The notes under the pieces: generated by a model | Told to the model about the DNA's origin: nothing | The model's input: the letters and a program-made list of their open reading frames with translations, nothing else | The model's database searches: none | In this document: positions 1-9,534 of the stretch, piece by piece | How positions within the stretch are numbered: the stretch's first letter is position 1 | How the letters are laid out: each line of letters opens with the position of its first letter | Program-made: the position numbers and the translations under genes | Origin: Candidatus Sumerlaeia bacterium | GTDB lineage: Bacteria > Sumerlaeota > Sumerlaeia > SLMS01 | Assembly (NCBI GenBank): GCA_038208905.1 | Contig: JBBQYG010000061.1 | Location: forward strand, 1 to 19,675 | DNA: 19,675 nucleotides | Direction: 5' to 3'

Positions 1-95
1 TCGCCGCTGAAAATAAATCTTGCCGCTGTCCACACCGGGTCGCGACCCTCCGGACGATTGGGTTTCTCCACAACCCGCGCCAAGAGGTCGTACCC

Positions 96-3059
96 ATGCA
101 AGATTCACTGATTGGTCAATCGCCGGAACGGCTGGCTCCGCGCCGGGATGGCTCCATGGTGTGGGAGATCTGCGGCGTGGTCGCCGCTCTCCCCGCCCTG
201 TTTTTGCTCGTATCGCTTCTGGTGGCGGGTGCTGATCGTGGAGACCTGATCGGCCCCGTGGGGACAGGCGGAGCGGAGTTGCTGCGATTCTTCCTTGGCG
301 GATATGTCGCCTATCTGGTCCCTCTGTTTCTTTGCTGGTTTTCCTTTCAGCTGTTTCGCGGGCGACTGGGCCGGTGGTCGCCCAGCCGCCTGATAGGCAT
401 TGCCACACTGATCGTGGCGGTAACGGGCATGTTGGCCCTCCCCACTGCCGACGCCCCCGACTACCGCGCAGAGACATTCGCCCGTGCGGGAGCCATCGGC
501 ACCTTTATGGTCGAGTACGAGGGCTTCCGCCTGGTGGGCACCTTCGGCCCCATCGGCGCCGCCATGATCCTGATCACGCTCATCTTGGTCTCGGCTGTGA
601 TGATTACCAATCGACGCTTTAGCGATATGTTCCACCTATTGACGGGAAGGACCGTTGGCGCTCCAACCTCCCCCGCCACCGAGGCGGATGAGCCGATGGC
701 CCGCGTTGCCACCAAGGCACAACCATCCGGCCCCACCGACGAGGCGCGGGACGATGTCGCCGACATCCGCCAGGACGAGTCGTCTTCCTTTCTGGGAATC
801 TTCTCCCGCTCTCGCAAGGCGTCGATTCTTTCCGAGCCCGACCCGGAAGAGCAGGAGGAGGTCGAGGGCGCCGAGACCTATGACGAGGACGCCCTGGCGG
901 CGGCCCGCGCGCTGGAGGAGGCCCGCATCGACGAGGAGTATGAGCGCGCGCTCCGCATCGAGTCGGTCAGCGGCGAGTATGAACTCCCCGATGATGGCGA
1001 GATCGTCTTTCACGATTCCACCGACCCCCTCGAAGTGATCGAGGGAAACCCCGCGAATCTTGGCGGCGGGCTGGCGAAGCTGTTCCCCTCCCGCTGGGAG
1101 GCGCCCGCGGAGGGCGGCGAAGTAACGCGCCGCGACCGCCACGGCAAGTCGCCGACGGACATTCTGGACAGCGCGGAGAATCGCGCGTTCCGTCGGACCG
1201 CCGCCGCGGGCGAGCCCGACCTGGACGAGGAAGTAGGTGAAGAGGACCTGGATATCGGCGTCGATGGGGACGATGATCCGCTCTTTGCCGCGGATCTGGA
1301 CACGCGCCCGGCGGGGCCCTTGGCCGCGCAGCGCGCCGCGAACACCAGCGCGATGGAGCAGCAGGACTTCCTGGTGGAGCGCAATCGCCAGCTCGCCGCC
1401 TATCGACTCCCCGATGTGCAGTTGCTCGACGACCCGCCGCGCGTGGACACGCGCATGTCGCGCGAGGAGATGCTGGAGATTTCCCAGACGCTCGAACGCA
1501 CCTTTGCCGATTTCGGCATTGAGGTGAAAGTCGTGGAGGTCAAGCAGGGCCCCGTGGTGACGCGCTTCGAGCTGAAGCCCGCCCCCGGCGTAAAGGTGTC
1601 TCGTATCGTGTCGCTGGAGCATGACGTGGCGCTTGCCATGCGCGCGCAGAGCGTCCGCATCGTGGCCCCCATTCCCGGCAAGGCCGCCGTGGGCATCGAG
1701 ATCCCGAACCGCAACCGCGCCGGAGTCTATGTCAAGGAGTTGGTGAGCTGCACGGAGTTCTGGGACCATCCGAGCCCCCTTGGTTTCGCACTCGGCAAGA
1801 CCATCGAGGGCGCACCGTATTTCGCAGACCTGAAGAAGATGCCTCACCTGCTAATCGCGGGGGCCACCGGCGCCGGCAAGTCGGTCTGTCTGAACACGGT
1901 GATCTGCAGCCTGCTCTATCGCATGAGGCCAGACCAGATTCGCCTTCTGCTCGTCGATCCCAAGCGCGTGGAATTGTCGATCTACGAGGGTATCCCCCAC
2001 CTCATCTCTCCCGTGGTTTGCGAGCCGAAGGCCGCTGCCGCCGCGCTCAACTGGGCGGTGGAGCAGATGGAGGAACGCTACAAGAAGCTCGTGGATTTCA
2101 AGGTCCGCAACATCGACGGCTACAACGAAATCGCCACCCATCCGGAGAAGCAGGCAAAGTTCCGCGGCAAGAACATGGACCCGATGCCCCACATGGTAAT
2201 CATCGTGGACGAGCTCGCGGATCTTATGGTGGTGGCGAAGAACGAGGTGGAGGAATCGATCCAGCGCCTGGCCCAGATGGCCCGCGCGGTCGGCATCCAC
2301 CTGATCCTGGCGACACAGCGCCCCTCGGTCAACGTGATCACTGGCATCATCAAGGCCAATTTCCCCACGCGCATCGCGTTTCAGGTGCGCCAGAAGGTGG
2401 ACTCACGCACAATCCTCGACTGCGGCGGCGCGGAGACGCTCTTGGGTCGCGGCGACATGCTCTATGCCCCTGCCGGCGCTGCCAAGCCCCAGCGCATTCA
2501 GGGCGCTTTCCTCAGCGACGAGGAAGTCGAGCGCGTCGTCGAGCACTGCCGCAGCCAAGCGGGACCGATGTATGACGTTGAGGAGTTCGAGCCGATCCTG
2601 AGCGAGAAGGAACAGCGCGAGCTTTCCAGGCTGATGGGTGGCAGCGTGGAGGACATGGACGACCTCGACATCCAGAGCCGCGCGATGCGGGGAACCAACT
2701 CCACAATGGGCAAGGTCAGCGCGGGGATGTTTGTGCCACACGACGGCGGCAGCGCCCAAGCCGGCGAAGATGAGATCGACGAGGCACTTGTCCGCGCAGC
2801 GGCACGCGTGATTCTGGAGGGACGCAAGGGCTCCACGTCGCTCGTTCAGCGAAGGCTCAAGGTCGGCTTCGCGCGGGCGGGGCGGCTGATGGACATGCTG
2901 GAGGAGATGGGCATCGTCGGCCCCTACAAGGGAAGCAAGCCGCGCGACCTGATGGTGGACCCCGATCTGGCGCTTGACCAGCTCGACAAGCTGGAGGCGC
3001 AGATGCTCCAGACCGGCGACAGCCGCTCCGCCGCCAGCGAACTCGACGCGAACGATTGA
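96..3059 (+). CDS. ftsK: DNA translocase FtsK/SpoIIIE (N-terminal TM domain, acidic linker, alpha/beta motor, gamma domain)
   Basis: 987-aa ORF with about 4 hydrophobic N-terminal segments. Motifs: GPVVTRFE, PIPGKAAVGIEIPN, MPHLLIAGATGAGKS (Walker A), IIVDELADLM (Walker B), RAVGIHLILATQRPSV, LLGRGDML, and gamma domain STSLVQRRLKVGFARAGRLMDMLE. GAGGT at 84-88 is a likely RBS. Confidence 0.97.
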   Translation: MQDSLIGQSPERLAPRRDGSMVWEICGVVAALPALFLLVSLLVAGADRGDLIGPVGTGGAELLRFFLGGYVAYLVPLFLCWFSFQLFRGRLGRWSPSRLIGIATLIVAVTGMLALPTADAPDYRAETFARAGAIGTFMVEYEGFRLVGTFGPIGAAMILITLILVSAVMITNRRFSDMFHLLTGRTVGAPTSPATEADEPMARVATKAQPSGPTDEARDDVADIRQDESSSFLGIFSRSRKASILSEPDPEEQEEVEGAETYDEDALAAARALEEARIDEEYERALRIESVSGEYELPDDGEIVFHDSTDPLEVIEGNPANLGGGLAKLFPSRWEAPAEGGEVTRRDRHGKSPTDILDSAENRAFRRTAAAGEPDLDEEVGEEDLDIGVDGDDDPLFAADLDTRPAGPLAAQRAANTSAMEQQDFLVERNRQLAAYRLPDVQLLDDPPRVDTRMSREEMLEISQTLERTFADFGIEVKVVEVKQGPVVTRFELKPAPGVKVSRIVSLEHDVALAMRAQSVRIVAPIPGKAAVGIEIPNRNRAGVYVKELVSCTEFWDHPSPLGFALGKTIEGAPYFADLKKMPHLLIAGATGAGKSVCLNTVICSLLYRMRPDQIRLLLVDPKRVELSIYEGIPHLISPVVCEPKAAAAALNWAVEQMEERYKKLVDFKVRNIDGYNEIATHPEKQAKFRGKNMDPMPHMVIIVDELADLMVVAKNEVEESIQRLAQMARAVGIHLILATQRPSVNVITGIIKANFPTRIAFQVRQKVDSRTILDCGGAETLLGRGDMLYAPAGAAKPQRIQGAFLSDEEVERVVEHCRSQAGPMYDVEEFEPILSEKEQRELSRLMGGSVEDMDDLDIQSRAMRGTNSTMGKVSAGMFVPHDGGSAQAGEDEIDEALVRAAARVILEGRKGSTSLVQRRLKVGFARAGRLMDMLEEMGIVGPYKGSKPRDLMVDPDLALDQLDKLEAQMLQTGDSRSAASELDAND

Positions 3060-3077
3060 TTCCGCCTTGCTGCATTC

Positions 3078-3116
3078 GGCCCGGGTCCACCACGGTGGTC
3101 CCGGGCCTTTCTATTT
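3078..3116 (+). terminator. Probable intrinsic terminator after ftsK
   Basis: GGCCCGGG-T-CCAC-cacg-GTGG-T-CCCGGGCC hairpin (3078-3107) followed by TTTCTATTT, 18 nt after the ftsK stop codon. Confidence 0.7.
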
Positions 3117-3137
3117 GCGCGAGGATTTCCCTTTCCG

Positions 3138-4700
3138 ATGACCGATGATGGCGAGCGCGGAGTCGCGATAAGATGGCTCCTGCCGGGAGCCATCTTCGTA
3201 GTCGCATTTGCCCTGCGCGCGTGGAAACCGGGGCTCGTCCACTTTGGCATCGACGAGGGAAAGGCCGCCGCTGTGGCGATGCAGATCGCCCATGGTGTCC
3301 GCTTTCCGCTCACAGGGATTGAAACCAGCTTCGGGTTCCACAATCCGCCATTATTCCTCTACCTGATTGCACCCTTCTTTGCACTCTCGCGCAATCCTGT
3401 GGTTGCGTTGATGGCGTTTCATCTGGCGGGTTCGCTGGCGGTATTGGCTGCGTGGAGATGCGGGAGTATCCTGGGAGAGCGGCGCTGCGCCGTGGCGGCG
3501 GCAGTTATCGTGGCCGTATGCCCCAACGCGGTGGAGCACAGTCGGCGTTTGTGGGGCCATGACCTGATCGTGCCCTTCTCGGCCCTTTGCCTGTGGGGCG
3601 CCCTGGAGGCCGCACGCCGCAGGGACTGGCGCTGGCTGGTTGTGTCCTTCGCGGGGGCGACGGCGGCGCAATCGGTGCATCTGAGCGGCGTGGCGTTGTG
3701 GGTTCCCGCGCTCTTCGCCGCGTCGCGGTGCTGCATCCCCCGGGCATGGATCGGCATCGCCATTGGATTCGCGATACTCGGCCTGTCCTACCTGCCCTGG
3801 TTGGTGAACGAATGCCAATCAGGCTTCCCAGATTCGGCGATCATCGGATCGTTGCTATCGGGCGGCTATCGCGTGCCCGAGATCGGCCATCCCGTGAATC
3901 CCGGGGCGGCCTGGGCAACGGTCCTTTCGGATTTCTGGAGCCACGACTTGGCGGGAAGCAAGCGCCCGTGGATGTTTTCTCCGTTGGCGGCTGTGGCTAG
4001 TTTCTTCGCGAGTGCGTGCGCGATGCTGCTGCTCGGGGCAGGCGTTTTTTTCTCGATGAGGTTGGCGGGCAAGAAGGACTGCGTCGCCGGGTCCGGAGTG
4101 TCGGGCGCCGCGGTCATGCTCCTGCTCGGCATCGCTGTGCCGCTCATTATGTTCGCGGTTGTCTTTCGCTCCTCCGTGCCGCCCTACATGCTTCCCGCCT
4201 TGTTCCCGGCGGCATTGGCGGCGGCGTGGGCCTTGTCGGCATGGCGAAGTCGGCGGGCGGCGGCGGGATGTCTATTTGTCTATACGGTGGCCTCCCTTCT
4301 CCTCGTTTTGGAGGTAAGGCGCCAGATCGATGCGGGGGAGGGATCGAATCTCCCGCTTGGCGAGAAGCGCGACATTGCCGCACTGATCACGGCGGAACGA
4401 CCCCCAGGCTCCATCGCGGTGATGCAAAACGCCCGCGCGCCGGGGGCCGGCCTCGACGTGGCGCTGGTGTATCTCCTCTTCGAACGCGGACTGGAGGCGG
4501 CGGACTACGCCCCTCCCGGTCGGGCGGCGTCCGTTTTCGTGGTGGTGGAGGACGCTGCGCGGATCAGGCGGGAGCCAGCGGTATTCCTCGCGCCATATCA
4601 AATGGCGGAGTCACCTCATGCGCGGATCTATCGGCTGGACCCGCCGGCGAATGCGGCCTGGCTGGAGGTGCTCCGCCAGTTCCCGGCGCCGGAGCGGTGA
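3138..4700 (+). CDS. GT-C fold membrane glycosyltransferase (ArnT/PMT-2, GT39/GT83-like)
   Basis: 520-aa multi-pass membrane protein. TM1 ends in ALR and is followed by the FGIDEG acidic motif and NPPLFLYL (PPLY-type motif). Also SVHLSG, YLPW and a small C-terminal soluble domain. Confidence 0.8.
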   Translation: MTDDGERGVAIRWLLPGAIFVVAFALRAWKPGLVHFGIDEGKAAAVAMQIAHGVRFPLTGIETSFGFHNPPLFLYLIAPFFALSRNPVVALMAFHLAGSLAVLAAWRCGSILGERRCAVAAAVIVAVCPNAVEHSRRLWGHDLIVPFSALCLWGALEAARRRDWRWLVVSFAGATAAQSVHLSGVALWVPALFAASRCCIPRAWIGIAIGFAILGLSYLPWLVNECQSGFPDSAIIGSLLSGGYRVPEIGHPVNPGAAWATVLSDFWSHDLAGSKRPWMFSPLAAVASFFASACAMLLLGAGVFFSMRLAGKKDCVAGSGVSGAAVMLLLGIAVPLIMFAVVFRSSVPPYMLPALFPAALAAAWALSAWRSRRAAAGCLFVYTVASLLLVLEVRRQIDAGEGSNLPLGEKRDIAALITAERPPGSIAVMQNARAPGAGLDVALVYLLFERGLEAADYAPPGRAASVFVVVEDAARIRREPAVFLAPYQMAESPHARIYRLDPPANAAWLEVLRQFPAPER

Positions 4701-4773
4701 GGTTCGCCTTGATCCGGCGGCGCGCCGTGGGACGATCCGAGCACCTCCCGATTTGGAACTCTCCCCCGCCACC

Positions 4774-5589
4774 ATGAAGAAGAACACGACAGGCCCCCGC
4801 ATCCTCATCACAAACGACGACGGCATCGACGCGCCGGGAATCCAGGCGCTCTGGCGCGCGCTCCGCGACGGGTACACGACGCTGGTGGTCGCGCCGATGT
4901 ACGAGAAGAGCGGCGCGGGATGCTCGCTCTCCCTCTCCGACGAGATGGAGGTCCATCGCCGCGAGGAGGACGGCGCCGTGTGGGGCTATGCGGTGGATGG
5001 CACACCCGCCGATTGCGTGAAATTCGCGATCACCAACGTGAAGGATTTCCGCCCGGACTTCGTCTTGAGCGGCATCAACCGCGGCATGAACGTGGGCAAC
5101 TCGGTGTTCTATTCGGGAACCGTGGCGGGCGCGATCGAGGCCACGCTCTTTGGCATTCCCTCGATGGCGTGTTCGCTGGCGGTCAGGTTCCATACCAAGG
5201 AGGCCGGGAAGTTCGACGACTCGGCACGCATCGTCCGCGCGATGCTCCCGTGGGTGATGGCCCAGAAACACGCGCCGCGCACGCTGTGGAACCTCAACAT
5301 GCCCAACCTCGATTTCGAAAAGGTGAAACGCGTCCGGCTGACGGAGCACGGCACCTCCTTCTTCGCCGACGAGTTCGCACTGTATAGACAGGAAGGGAAT
5401 GCGGAGTTCTACAAGAACGTGGGCTCGCGGCTGGAGGCGTGTTCCGCCGTAGCAAACTCCGACGACCGCGCGCTGGTGGAAGGCGAGGCATCGCTTTCAC
5501 TGCTGAGAACCAATCTCACGATCCCGTTTGGCGATTCAGATCGCACTCGGCTGGAACGCGAGTGGGCGGCGCTACTCGGCGGGAAGTGA
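4774..5589 (+). CDS. surE: 5'/3'-nucleotidase SurE
   Basis: RILITNDDGIDAPGI, VVAP...SG, DGTPADCV, SGINRGMNVG..VFYSGTVAGAIEA. Start moved to ATG 4774 (MKKNTTGPRIL), which removes the overlap with the upstream gene. Confidence 0.96.
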   Translation: MKKNTTGPRILITNDDGIDAPGIQALWRALRDGYTTLVVAPMYEKSGAGCSLSLSDEMEVHRREEDGAVWGYAVDGTPADCVKFAITNVKDFRPDFVLSGINRGMNVGNSVFYSGTVAGAIEATLFGIPSMACSLAVRFHTKEAGKFDDSARIVRAMLPWVMAQKHAPRTLWNLNMPNLDFEKVKRVRLTEHGTSFFADEFALYRQEGNAEFYKNVGSRLEACSAVANSDDRALVEGEASLSLLRTNLTIPFGDSDRTRLEREWAALLGGK

Positions 5590-7929
5590 TGCGCCGATTC
5601 GGTTGAGCTGGGGAAGTGATTCGCTGGTCCCCACCCCGCGCGGGTAGTTGGAGTGCATTCGCGTGGAGCCGGTGACAGAACCGAAGCCCTGCGAGCCCGC
5701 GGGCATCTCGACGCGCCCGGCCACCAAGTTCCATCCCCGCGTCCAGGTCAGTGCCGCGCCGAGAGTTCTTTTCCGCCCGTAGTCATACGAAACCTTTAGC
5801 AGCGCCGCCCTGTCCGGCAGGCCATCAACGTGAACCCATTGCGTCGCGAGCAGAATCTCCTCCTCGCCGATGGGTCTTTCCAATCCCACATTCCAGCCGT
5901 GGAAACCATCGGGCTTTGGAGTCGTGCGCGCCTCGACCCACGATGGAGGAAGACGTTCGCATTGTGACATCGCGATGTCGCTATCTGCCTCCACTTCATC
6001 GGAACGGATCATCAGCGGGACGAATCGCGCCGAAGCCTTGGTCCTCGCGAATGTGCCGACAACGTAGATGGAAAGGAGGCCCTCCGGAACCGAGTCCTCC
6101 AGCGCGATGCGAAGCGTGCCGCGCCGGGGCGATTCGCGATCAACCGAGTGGATGAAGGCAAGCGTCCCCGAGTCGAACTGATCCGCTCTCGCGATTCCAG
6201 CCACGATCCACATGGGCATGTTCGGCCCGGGAACAACTTCGTAGTCCACCAAGATCGCCTTGGCTGGACTTTCGGCGAGGCGGTAGGTGGTCCCCGTGAA
6301 GGGCGGAAGCTCGATCCGGCTTCCGCCGGCGCGAGCGGTGCCAACGACCATCTGCTCTCCCGCGATGGAACTGGCCTCCGCGCCCGCGCGGGGAAGGGCG
6401 AGTGAAGAATCATCGGGGGGAAGGTTCACCTTCCGGATCGTGATCGATCGGTCGAATCCGACGAACTCATTGGGAGAGGCGCTGGGCAGGTGGATGGCGA
6501 CCTCTGAGTTCACCTCCAGAAACTCGGCGAAGTCCTCGGCTTTCTGCTCGCGTGTTTCGAGAAAGGAAACAAAGTAGATTTCCGCCTCGGGATGATCGTG
6601 GCGAATTTCCCTGATCTGCTGGATGGATGGCGCACCACAGCGCTCCAGCCAGGAGACCGCCTCGTGTCGCGTCGGTGAGTGGCCCGCGCGCGTCCACAGA
6701 AACCGGAACGCGCGCGATGTATAGTCGTTGCGCGTTACGACGATGCTATCCGGCGGTGTCTCCTCCGCCAGATAGCGAATCGCCTGAAGCGTGGGCTGGT
6801 GGTCGTTGCGGAAGTGTGCCACCTGCCACACGCCTGCTCGCCATGCGAATAGCATCAGCACCGCCGCCGCCGCGAACCTCATGCGGGGAAGCGGGAGGCA
6901 CCACGAGAGCGCGACAGCAACGCCGATCAGGAGCGGCGGCACAACGGCCGCCATGAATTTCGGGTAGAAGTAGTGGGAAGACTCCAGGAAATAGAAGAAC
7001 CCGAAGTGGCAGGCGAACAGGACCGCGAACGCCAATGCGGCAGGTGACCCGGCGCGAGCGAGCCGCACCCAGCCCAGCAAGGAACCCCCCGCGAAGAGGA
7101 ACCCGAGCACGATGTCCGCGAAGCCGCGCTGCGAGAGGGCTCCCGCGAAATCGGCGAGAAGCGCACTCCAGAAGTCCCACGTGAAGCCGACTCGCCGAAC
7201 GGCGCCGATCGGATTGCCGACCAAGTTCTCGAAGATGCGCAAGCGATACGCGAAGGCGACACCAGCGAGGACGACGACCAAGCCCGCGAGGAGTAGGAGC
7301 AACCGCACCCGTGAAGTGTCGCTTAGGCGCGAATGAATCCCCGATGGCCGTCGCAGCAGCATCGCGTAGGAAGTGAGCAGAAACGATCCGAGCACGATGG
7401 CGCCCACAGGATGAAAACCCACGAGGAACAGAAGGGATCCGGCGGCGAGGAGCCATCGCCGGACACGAAGCCTTCCGTCGATGAAACTCCAATCCAGTCC
7501 ACAGACCGCGATGACACCCCCGAGCATGATTGGCGCGTAGTGGTTCGCATCACGGCTGAAAAAAAGACAGTAAGGCGAGAAGGCGAGCAGCATACCAGCG
7601 ACGATTCCCGCGCCAAGGCCCGCGCGGCGCAGGGTCCACGCCGTCGCGAGGATCATGGCGGCGGAGCCCGCGATCGCCGCCGGCAGCCGGAGCCCGAACT
7701 GGGAATCGGAAACGCGAAGGCCAATCCATATCGCCAGATAAGAGAGCGGGTGGCCTCCCTCGCGCCAGGTTGGGCCGTTCTCCTCCGCGATGAGCCAGTT
7801 GCTCGCCTCGTCGAGCCAGGGCGAGGCGTGGCCGAGCCTTAAGAATCGCAGCCACACGCCCAGGACGGAGAGGAGAACGAGCGCGACGATGCGGCGCCGG
7901 TGGAGGGGGGCGTTGTCGTGTGAATCCAT
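5572..7929 (-). CDS. GT-C fold membrane glycosyltransferase (GT39/PMT-2-like) with a large C-terminal extracytoplasmic region
   Basis: TM1 followed by LRFLRLGHASPWLDEA, HPLSY, FGLRLPAAIAG, LLAFSPY..FFSRDANHYA (the S+EAR.Y motif position) and FHP. About 785 aa from ATG 7929 (MDSHDNAP). The longer ORF start at 8376 overlaps tilS and is rejected. Confidence 0.82.
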   Translation of the reverse strand: MDSHDNAPLHRRRIVALVLLSVLGVWLRFLRLGHASPWLDEASNWLIAEENGPTWREGGHPLSYLAIWIGLRVSDSQFGLRLPAAIAGSAAMILATAWTLRRAGLGAGIVAGMLLAFSPYCLFFSRDANHYAPIMLGGVIAVCGLDWSFIDGRLRVRRWLLAAGSLLFLVGFHPVGAIVLGSFLLTSYAMLLRRPSGIHSRLSDTSRVRLLLLLAGLVVVLAGVAFAYRLRIFENLVGNPIGAVRRVGFTWDFWSALLADFAGALSQRGFADIVLGFLFAGGSLLGWVRLARAGSPAALAFAVLFACHFGFFYFLESSHYFYPKFMAAVVPPLLIGVAVALSWCLPLPRMRFAAAAVLMLFAWRAGVWQVAHFRNDHQPTLQAIRYLAEETPPDSIVVTRNDYTSRAFRFLWTRAGHSPTRHEAVSWLERCGAPSIQQIREIRHDHPEAEIYFVSFLETREQKAEDFAEFLEVNSEVAIHLPSASPNEFVGFDRSITIRKVNLPPDDSSLALPRAGAEASSIAGEQMVVGTARAGGSRIELPPFTGTTYRLAESPAKAILVDYEVVPGPNMPMWIVAGIARADQFDSGTLAFIHSVDRESPRRGTLRIALEDSVPEGLLSIYVVGTFARTKASARFVPLMIRSDEVEADSDIAMSQCERLPPSWVEARTTPKPDGFHGWNVGLERPIGEEEILLATQWVHVDGLPDRAALLKVSYDYGRKRTLGAALTWTRGWNLVAGRVEMPAGSQGFGSVTGSTRMHSNYPRGVGTSESLPQLNRIGASLPAE

Positions 7930-8028
7930 GCGATGCGGCTTGTCCGGCGGCGGGTGATTAGCAAGGCTCTGTGACGTGAATCGCCCGGCGGCGGGCACAG
8001 GCACCAGCCCAAAGGAGCATCCGCAACC

Positions 8029-9474
8029 GTGTCTTCGCATGAGTGGCAGGAATCGCTGGAGCGCAACGCCCTCATCCTCGTCGCCGTGTCGGGCGGCGCC
8101 GATTCGGTTTTCCTGCTGATTTTGCTGCAGGACATGGCGAAGGAATATGGCTGGCGCATTGCGGTGGGTCACGTGAACCACGGGATGCGGGGGGAGGAGT
8201 CGGACGGCGACGCCGCTTTCGTGACGGACCTGGCGGACCGCATGGGCGTTGCATGCCACTCGGCGGAGATCGCCGCGCCCTCCGGGGGAGAAGCCGGCCT
8301 GCGCCGCGCGCGGCTGGGACTTCTCAAGGCAATGGCCCGAGCCATCGGCGCGTCGGCGATCGGGTTTGGACATCATCGCGACGATGTGGCGGAGACGTTC
8401 TTGCTGAACGCGCTGCGAGGCAGCGGTCCTGCCGGGCTGGAAGGAATGCGTGCCGTCCGGGAAATGGAGCCGGGGCTTCTGGCGATTCGTCCGCTCCTTG
8501 GATTTCGTCGGGCGGAGATCGAGGAGCAGTTAGGCGCATGGAGGGTGGTGTGGCGCGAGGACTCGACGAATGCGACGCCGATTTATCGCAGAAACCGCGT
8601 TCGGATGGAGGCAATTGCCGTCCTGGAATCCATCGATCCGGCCGCTGTCAATAACATCGCGTGGAGCGCGGAGTTCTGTGGCGACGTGATGGATGTCTAT
8701 ACGCGCGTCGTTGAAGACGCGGCTGGCAAGGCACTCCTCGCGGAGGATGGCGAAGGGATTCTCTTCGGCGTCGAGGCGTTGAGAGGCGATGGCTCGGAAG
8801 GCTTGACCGCGGGGGTGCTTCGCCACTTCCACCACCGCCTCGCGAGCAGGATGGCGGTTGGGCGGGAGGACCCGCTCTCCGTGCCGCGGGAACTACTGCT
8901 TCAGGCGCTACGCCGTGTGAGAGAGGCTTCCGGCGATGATGCCACGTTCTCCATCGGAGAGTACGTGGACCTACACCTCACCAATCATCACGGGGTGATG
9001 TATTTAGGCGATTCGGTTGAGGAGCACCTACTTCGCCTGGCGCGAGGGCTTGCCGGATTCTATCTGACGGAAACCGACCCAATCGATATCCGGTGGGAGG
9101 ACGTCCATCGCGGCGCGCCACCGCTGAAGGTGGGCGACTTCCTGGTGGATATGCATCTGGACACCGCGCGCGGTGAAGGTGCCCGCGACACGGGCGAGGT
9201 GGCCGCGTGGTTCGACCCAACGGCGATCCGCGGGGCGCTCACGATTCGCCGCGTCAGGCCGAACGATTCGATCGAGTTGGTGGGAGGCGGACGAAAGCCC
9301 GCCCGGGATGCGCTGGCAGAGGCGCGAGTCCCGGCGGCGATCCGTTCTTGCGCCGCGGTGGTCGCCGATATGCACCGGGTCTTGTGGATTCCGGGAATTC
9401 GCCGGGCGGCCGGGGCACGCATCGGCCCCTCCACAGAGAATGTTCTGGTGCTCGGATTTCGCCGGGGAACCTGA
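8029..9474 (+). CDS. tilS: tRNA(Ile)-lysidine synthetase
   Basis: ILVAVSGGADS (PP-loop), HVNHGMRGEESDGD, GHHRDDVAETFL, RGSG..GL, IRPLL, EDSTN..Y.RNRVR, and a TilS C-terminal domain (IRRVRPND...GGRKP...VP..IR...VLWIPG). GTG start; AAGGAG at 8012-8017. Confidence 0.95.
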   Translation: MSSHEWQESLERNALILVAVSGGADSVFLLILLQDMAKEYGWRIAVGHVNHGMRGEESDGDAAFVTDLADRMGVACHSAEIAAPSGGEAGLRRARLGLLKAMARAIGASAIGFGHHRDDVAETFLLNALRGSGPAGLEGMRAVREMEPGLLAIRPLLGFRRAEIEEQLGAWRVVWREDSTNATPIYRRNRVRMEAIAVLESIDPAAVNNIAWSAEFCGDVMDVYTRVVEDAAGKALLAEDGEGILFGVEALRGDGSEGLTAGVLRHFHHRLASRMAVGREDPLSVPRELLLQALRRVREASGDDATFSIGEYVDLHLTNHHGVMYLGDSVEEHLLRLARGLAGFYLTETDPIDIRWEDVHRGAPPLKVGDFLVDMHLDTARGEGARDTGEVAAWFDPTAIRGALTIRRVRPNDSIELVGGGRKPARDALAEARVPAAIRSCAAVVADMHRVLWIPGIRRAAGARIGPSTENVLVLGFRRGT

Positions 9475-9534
9475 GTGGAAGTCGCGTTGTCGCATTTCCC
9501 GGCGGGAAGTGCATCCAAAGCGGGAAACAATTCC

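Noticed and set aside
37..76. Palindrome GGGTCGCGACCC and a small hairpin upstream of ftsK
   Set aside because: Short, GC-rich, at the window edge and matching no known operator or RNA motif.
4764..4776. Kozak-like CCGCCACCATG at the surE start
   Set aside because: The context is clearly bacterial; this is a chance match in GC-rich DNA.
6391..6398. KOPS-like GGGAAGGG near ftsK
   Set aside because: An isolated octamer is uninformative, the KOPS motif of this lineage is unknown, and no dif-like site was seen.
7930..8376. 149-aa N-terminal extension of the minus-strand GT-C ORF overlapping tilS
   Set aside because: It is antisense to the conserved tilS PP-loop region. GT-C homology starts only at the first TM segment after ATG 7929.
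9476..9490. Possible sigma-54 site TGGAAG-N5-TTGT before the VIT-VWA gene
   Set aside because: It lacks the conserved -12 GC and the CAC, and no enhancer-like palindromes were seen nearby.
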